From: Octopus bimaculoides
Taxonomy: Eukaryota
DNA: 40,222 nucleotides
Assembly (NCBI RefSeq): GCF_001194135.2
Contig: NC_068981.1
Span: forward strand, 46,427,136 to 46,467,357
Direction of reading: 5' to 3'
The notes beneath the pieces are model-generated. The model made no database searches. It was not told the origin of the DNA and saw only the letters and a list, made by a program, of their open reading frames with translations. This document shows positions 36,792-40,222 of the stretch, piece after piece (position 1 is the stretch's first letter; each line of letters begins with the position of its first letter). Both the position numbers and the translations under genes were made by a program.

Positions 36792-37961
36792 GGTGTAGGT
36801 GTGGCTCTGTGGTAAATAGCTTGCTTACCAACTACATGGTCTCAGGTTCAGCCCCACTGCTTGACACCTTGGGCAAGTGTCTTCTACTATAGCCTCGGGT
36901 CGACCAAAGGCTTGTTAGTGGATTTGGAAACTGGAAGAAGCCCGTCGTATATATCTATGAGTGTGTGTNNNNNNNNNNNNNNNNNNNNNNNNNNNNNNNN
37001 NNNNNNNNNNNNNNNNNNNNNNNNNNNNNNNNNNNNNNNNNNNNNNNNNNNNNNNNNNNNNNNNNNNNNNNNNNNNNNNNNNNNNNNNNNNNNNNNNNNN
37101 NNNNNNNNNNNNNNNNNNNNNNNNNNNNNNNNNNNNNNNNNNNNNNNNNNNNNNNNNNNNNNNNNNNNNNNNNNNNNNNNNNNNNNNNNNNNNNNNNNNN
37201 NNNNNNNNNNNNNNNNNNNNNNNNNNNNNNNNNNNNNNNNNNNNNNNNNNNNNNNNNNNNNNNNNNNNNNNNNNNNNNNNNNNNNNNNNNNNNNNNNNNN
37301 NNNNNNNNNNNNNNNNNNNNNNNNNNNNNNNNNNNNNNNNNNNNNNNNNNNNNNNNNNNNNNNNNNNNNNNNNNNNNNNNNNNNNNNNNNNNNNNNNNNN
37401 NNNNNNNNNNNNNNNNNNNNNNNNNNNNNNNNNNNNNNNNNNNNNNNNNNNNNNNNNNGTATAACGCTTTATAACATTTCTTCCTCCAATGAAACAACAA
37501 TATTTTGTACTAAGGCAAAGTTGTTGCTTAGTGCTTACGTTCCAGCTGGGTGCAGCCAGCCTACCCACATGTGTACATTATCATTTTACATAACTTGTAG
37601 GCACAGAAAATATCTATTTTGAAGCTATGTCAAGCAATCAATAACAATAAATGATAGATGGGTGAAGCCCCAAGCGTCTACTGGGTCTTACGACATTCTA
37701 AAAGTGGCATGCAAAACTAATTGCAATCGAATACCACTAGGTTAGACAAGTAAAAATAATTTTTATTGTTGAGTCTTAGTGCATCATAAAAATAGAATAT
37801 ACGGACTATATTCTAACGCCTCTAATTATAGATCTCTCGGATAAGAGCTTAACTGGGGATACACAGTAACAACAACACAACAATAAAATATATATGGGGT
37901 CTATTTGCTCGGCTAAAAGGCGGTGCTCCAGCATGGCTGCAGTCAAATGAATGAAACAAGT
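36792..37961 (+). mobile_element. SINE family A split into head (36792-36968) and tail (about 37895-37961)
   Basis: Well-preserved head gtggctctgtggtaaatagcttgcttacc...gggcaagtgtcttctactatagcctcgggtcgacc and tail ggggtctatttgctcggctaaaaggcggtgctccagcatggctgcagtcaaatg. They are separated by a gap plus at least 440 bp of non-SINE DNA. Confidence 0.65.
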
Positions 37962-38292
37962 TAATGGAGTAGCGAAGTATCTAATCAAAAGGGATGCTAA
38001 CTTGGGTTCCAGAGGGTCTGGAGTATGATTCTCTGTTAGACCGAAAAAATTATTCTTTGATGTTGGTCGATTCAGGGACGATTTTTTGGAAACAAGGAAT
38101 GATAAGCATTTTAGGTTATATGTACATAACCTATTTTATGCAATTTAATTTTTTTCCTTTCATGTAAAATATGCTAATCATATTTTGAAATTGGACTCAG
38201 TTTTGTAAAAAATGAAAAATCTTAATTACTTCATAAACGAAGTAATCAGCTCACGATAAGTATGTATTTCAAACGACACTGTTTACTTCTGT

Positions 38293-38677
38293 GGAGGCGC
38301 AATGGCCCAGTTTTTAGGGCAGCGAACTCGCGGTCGGAGGATCGCGGTTTCGATTCCCAGACCGGGCGCTGTGAGTGTTTATTGAGCGAAAACACCTAAA
38401 GCTCCATGAGGCTCCGGCAAGGGATGGTGACGAACCCTGCTGTACTCTTCCACCACAACTTTCTCTTACTCTTTCTTCCTGTTTCTGTTGTACTTGTAAT
38501 TCAAAGGGTCAGCCTTGTCACACTGTGTCACGCTGAATATCTCCGAGAACTCCGTTAAGGGTACACGTGTCTGTGGATTGCTCAGCCACATGCACGTTAA
38601 TTTCACGAGCAGGCTGTTCCATTGATCGGATCGAGTGGAACCCTCGACGTCGTAAGCGACGGAGTGCCAACAGCAAC
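38293..38677 (+). mobile_element. tRNA-derived SINE, full length and well preserved (family C variant)
   Basis: A-box-like tggcccagtttttaggg, B-box gtttcgattcc, tRNA-like head, and a 3' end cgtcgtaagcgacggagtgccaacagcaac. Confidence 0.85.
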
Positions 38678-38846
38678 ATATACACTTCTGTAACTAAGTC
38701 GAATATTTGGTAGTCATAATCTAAACTTCAACATAACTTAGCATAGGCACATGGACTCAAGTTTGCTTCGAGTCTATAATCAGTAATTACGGCACTGTAT
38801 TATCAATACTTAACTACATGCTACCAGTCGTGAAATGTTGCTACGT

Positions 38847-38985
38847 ACCAGTACCTGGAAGGTGCTTCATCGATTCTGTAAGCGGAAGGGACAGAGTTGA
38901 CATCAGCACTTATATTAACTCGGAACGTACACGATCATAACCAAATACCGCATGGCATTTCATGTCGCATTAGCGTTGCCGCTAA
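38847..38985 (-). mobile_element. SINE family B, degenerate
   Basis: accagtacctgg...ttcatcga...agagttgacatcagc...aactcggaacgta...aaataccgc.tggcattt is collinear with 11958-12087. Confidence 0.5.
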
Positions 38986-40222
38986 CATCGGATACGATTT
39001 ACATCATTCATAAATATTACTTATATATGGAAGCAGTATAACGCTTTATAACATTTCTTCCTCCAATGAAACAACAATATTTTGTACTAAGGCAAAGTTG
39101 TTGCTTAGTGCTTACGTTCCAGCTGGGTGCAGCCAGCCTACCCACATGTGTACATTATCATTTTACATAACTTGTAGGCACAGAAAATATCTATTTTGAC
39201 GCTATTTCAAGCAATCAATAACAATAAATGATAGATGAGTGAAGCCCCAAGCGTCTACTGGGTCTTACGACATTCTAAAAGTGGCAAGCAAAACTAATTG
39301 CAATCGAATACCACTAGGTTAGACAAGTAAAAATAATTTTTATTGTTGAGTCTTAGTGAATCATAAAAATAGAATATACGGACTATATTCTAACGCCTCT
39401 GATTATAGATCTCTTGGAAAAGAGCTTAACTGGGGATACACAGTAACAACAACAAAACAATAAAATATATATGGGATAATTTATTTCACGAATTTAGAAT
39501 CAGATACTAAACGTGTTTCTAGAATGAACTCTACTTTTCACGGAACTGTAAATGTAGAGAATACGTACTTCGTGTATCAATTTGCGTTTACATTGGCAGA
39601 ACTCTAAACTGTAAGTATTCTTCTGCCTTAATAATATGAACCAATTACCAGCCAAATATTAACGAGTCAGAATTTTCTTACTGCTACACACAGTTACTGC
39701 CCCTGTATTTACCAACAACAAAACGAACATATCCATTAAATGCGATTCTCTAAAGCGAACTATTACAAAATATCGAGTTAGATAAGGATTCCATTTCGTA
39801 AATGCACGTCAGGGAACAATCGAATATATGTGAACTATAATTTACTAATCACACAACTGTGAATATTATTTAGTGTTCTCTGGCCAAATGGACACATTAC
39901 TGAAATACTTTATTTCATTAATCACTGAACACGATTTTGTATATAACAACTACTCTGGAAGCGACTTCCTAGCTTCTGACCAATGAATCTGCCGTCTCAC
40001 GCGGCCCTATCAATAAAATGTCACTTCATAGACGCTTATGATCATATTTAAATCGACAAGTCTCTAGCAAAGATGATATAAACTATTTAACAATGAACAT
40101 TACCTGCAAAATGAGCTAATAAATCGAAAGGTCAAATAATAATGATGCCTGTATATGTGTGTGTGCGTGCGCCCACAAGTGTTGTGTATGTTTGTGTATG
40201 TAGTATATATATATATATATAT

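Larger units (their letters stand above)
37459..39475. repeat. 440-bp direct duplication (37459-37898 and 39036-39475, offset 1577)
   Basis: Collinear without indels, and I count 9 substitutions (about 98% identity). Confidence 0.95.

Noticed and set aside
38293-38370. tRNA gene
   Set aside because: The A and B boxes continue into a SINE body and no proper cloverleaf or acceptor stem forms.
39694-39776. Exon-like segment TAPVFTNNKTNISIK recalling a cadherin repeat boundary
   Set aside because: It lacks the DxNDN motif and the rest of a cadherin domain. Many similar AG...GT segments (e.g. 10089-10164 -, 20710-20756 -, 21869-21911 +, 29502-29553 -, 33939-33980 +) occur and cannot be told from chance without RNA data.

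Overview
AT-rich eukaryotic genomic DNA, dense in microsatellites and broken by 12 assembly gaps (about 5.4 kb of N, nearly all bordered by (AT)n or (GT)n). The SINE sequences match octopus tRNA-derived SINE consensuses as I recall them, so the source is probably an Octopus genome (inference). I could not confirm any host protein-coding gene, and most long ORFs in the supplied track are microsatellite or gap artefacts. The window is mostly decayed mobile elements. Four non-LTR retrotransposon remnants: an RTE-like RT on the minus strand, two CR1-like pieces, and an R4/Dong-like piece with a CCHC finger and restriction-like endonuclease. Two internally deleted DD37D (maT-type) Tc1/mariner copies with TIRs. 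About a dozen SINE copies or fragments, a 5S rRNA-derived segment, a roughly 760 bp fold-back palindrome and two local duplications. Most worth following up: a 57-nt pre-miRNA-like hairpin inside a CR1 RT remnant, the fold-back whose symmetry includes its flanking microsatellites, a possible 5S/tRNA composite SINE, and a SINE split by a copy of nearby unique DNA. A few splice-signal-bounded exon candidates are listed at low confidence.
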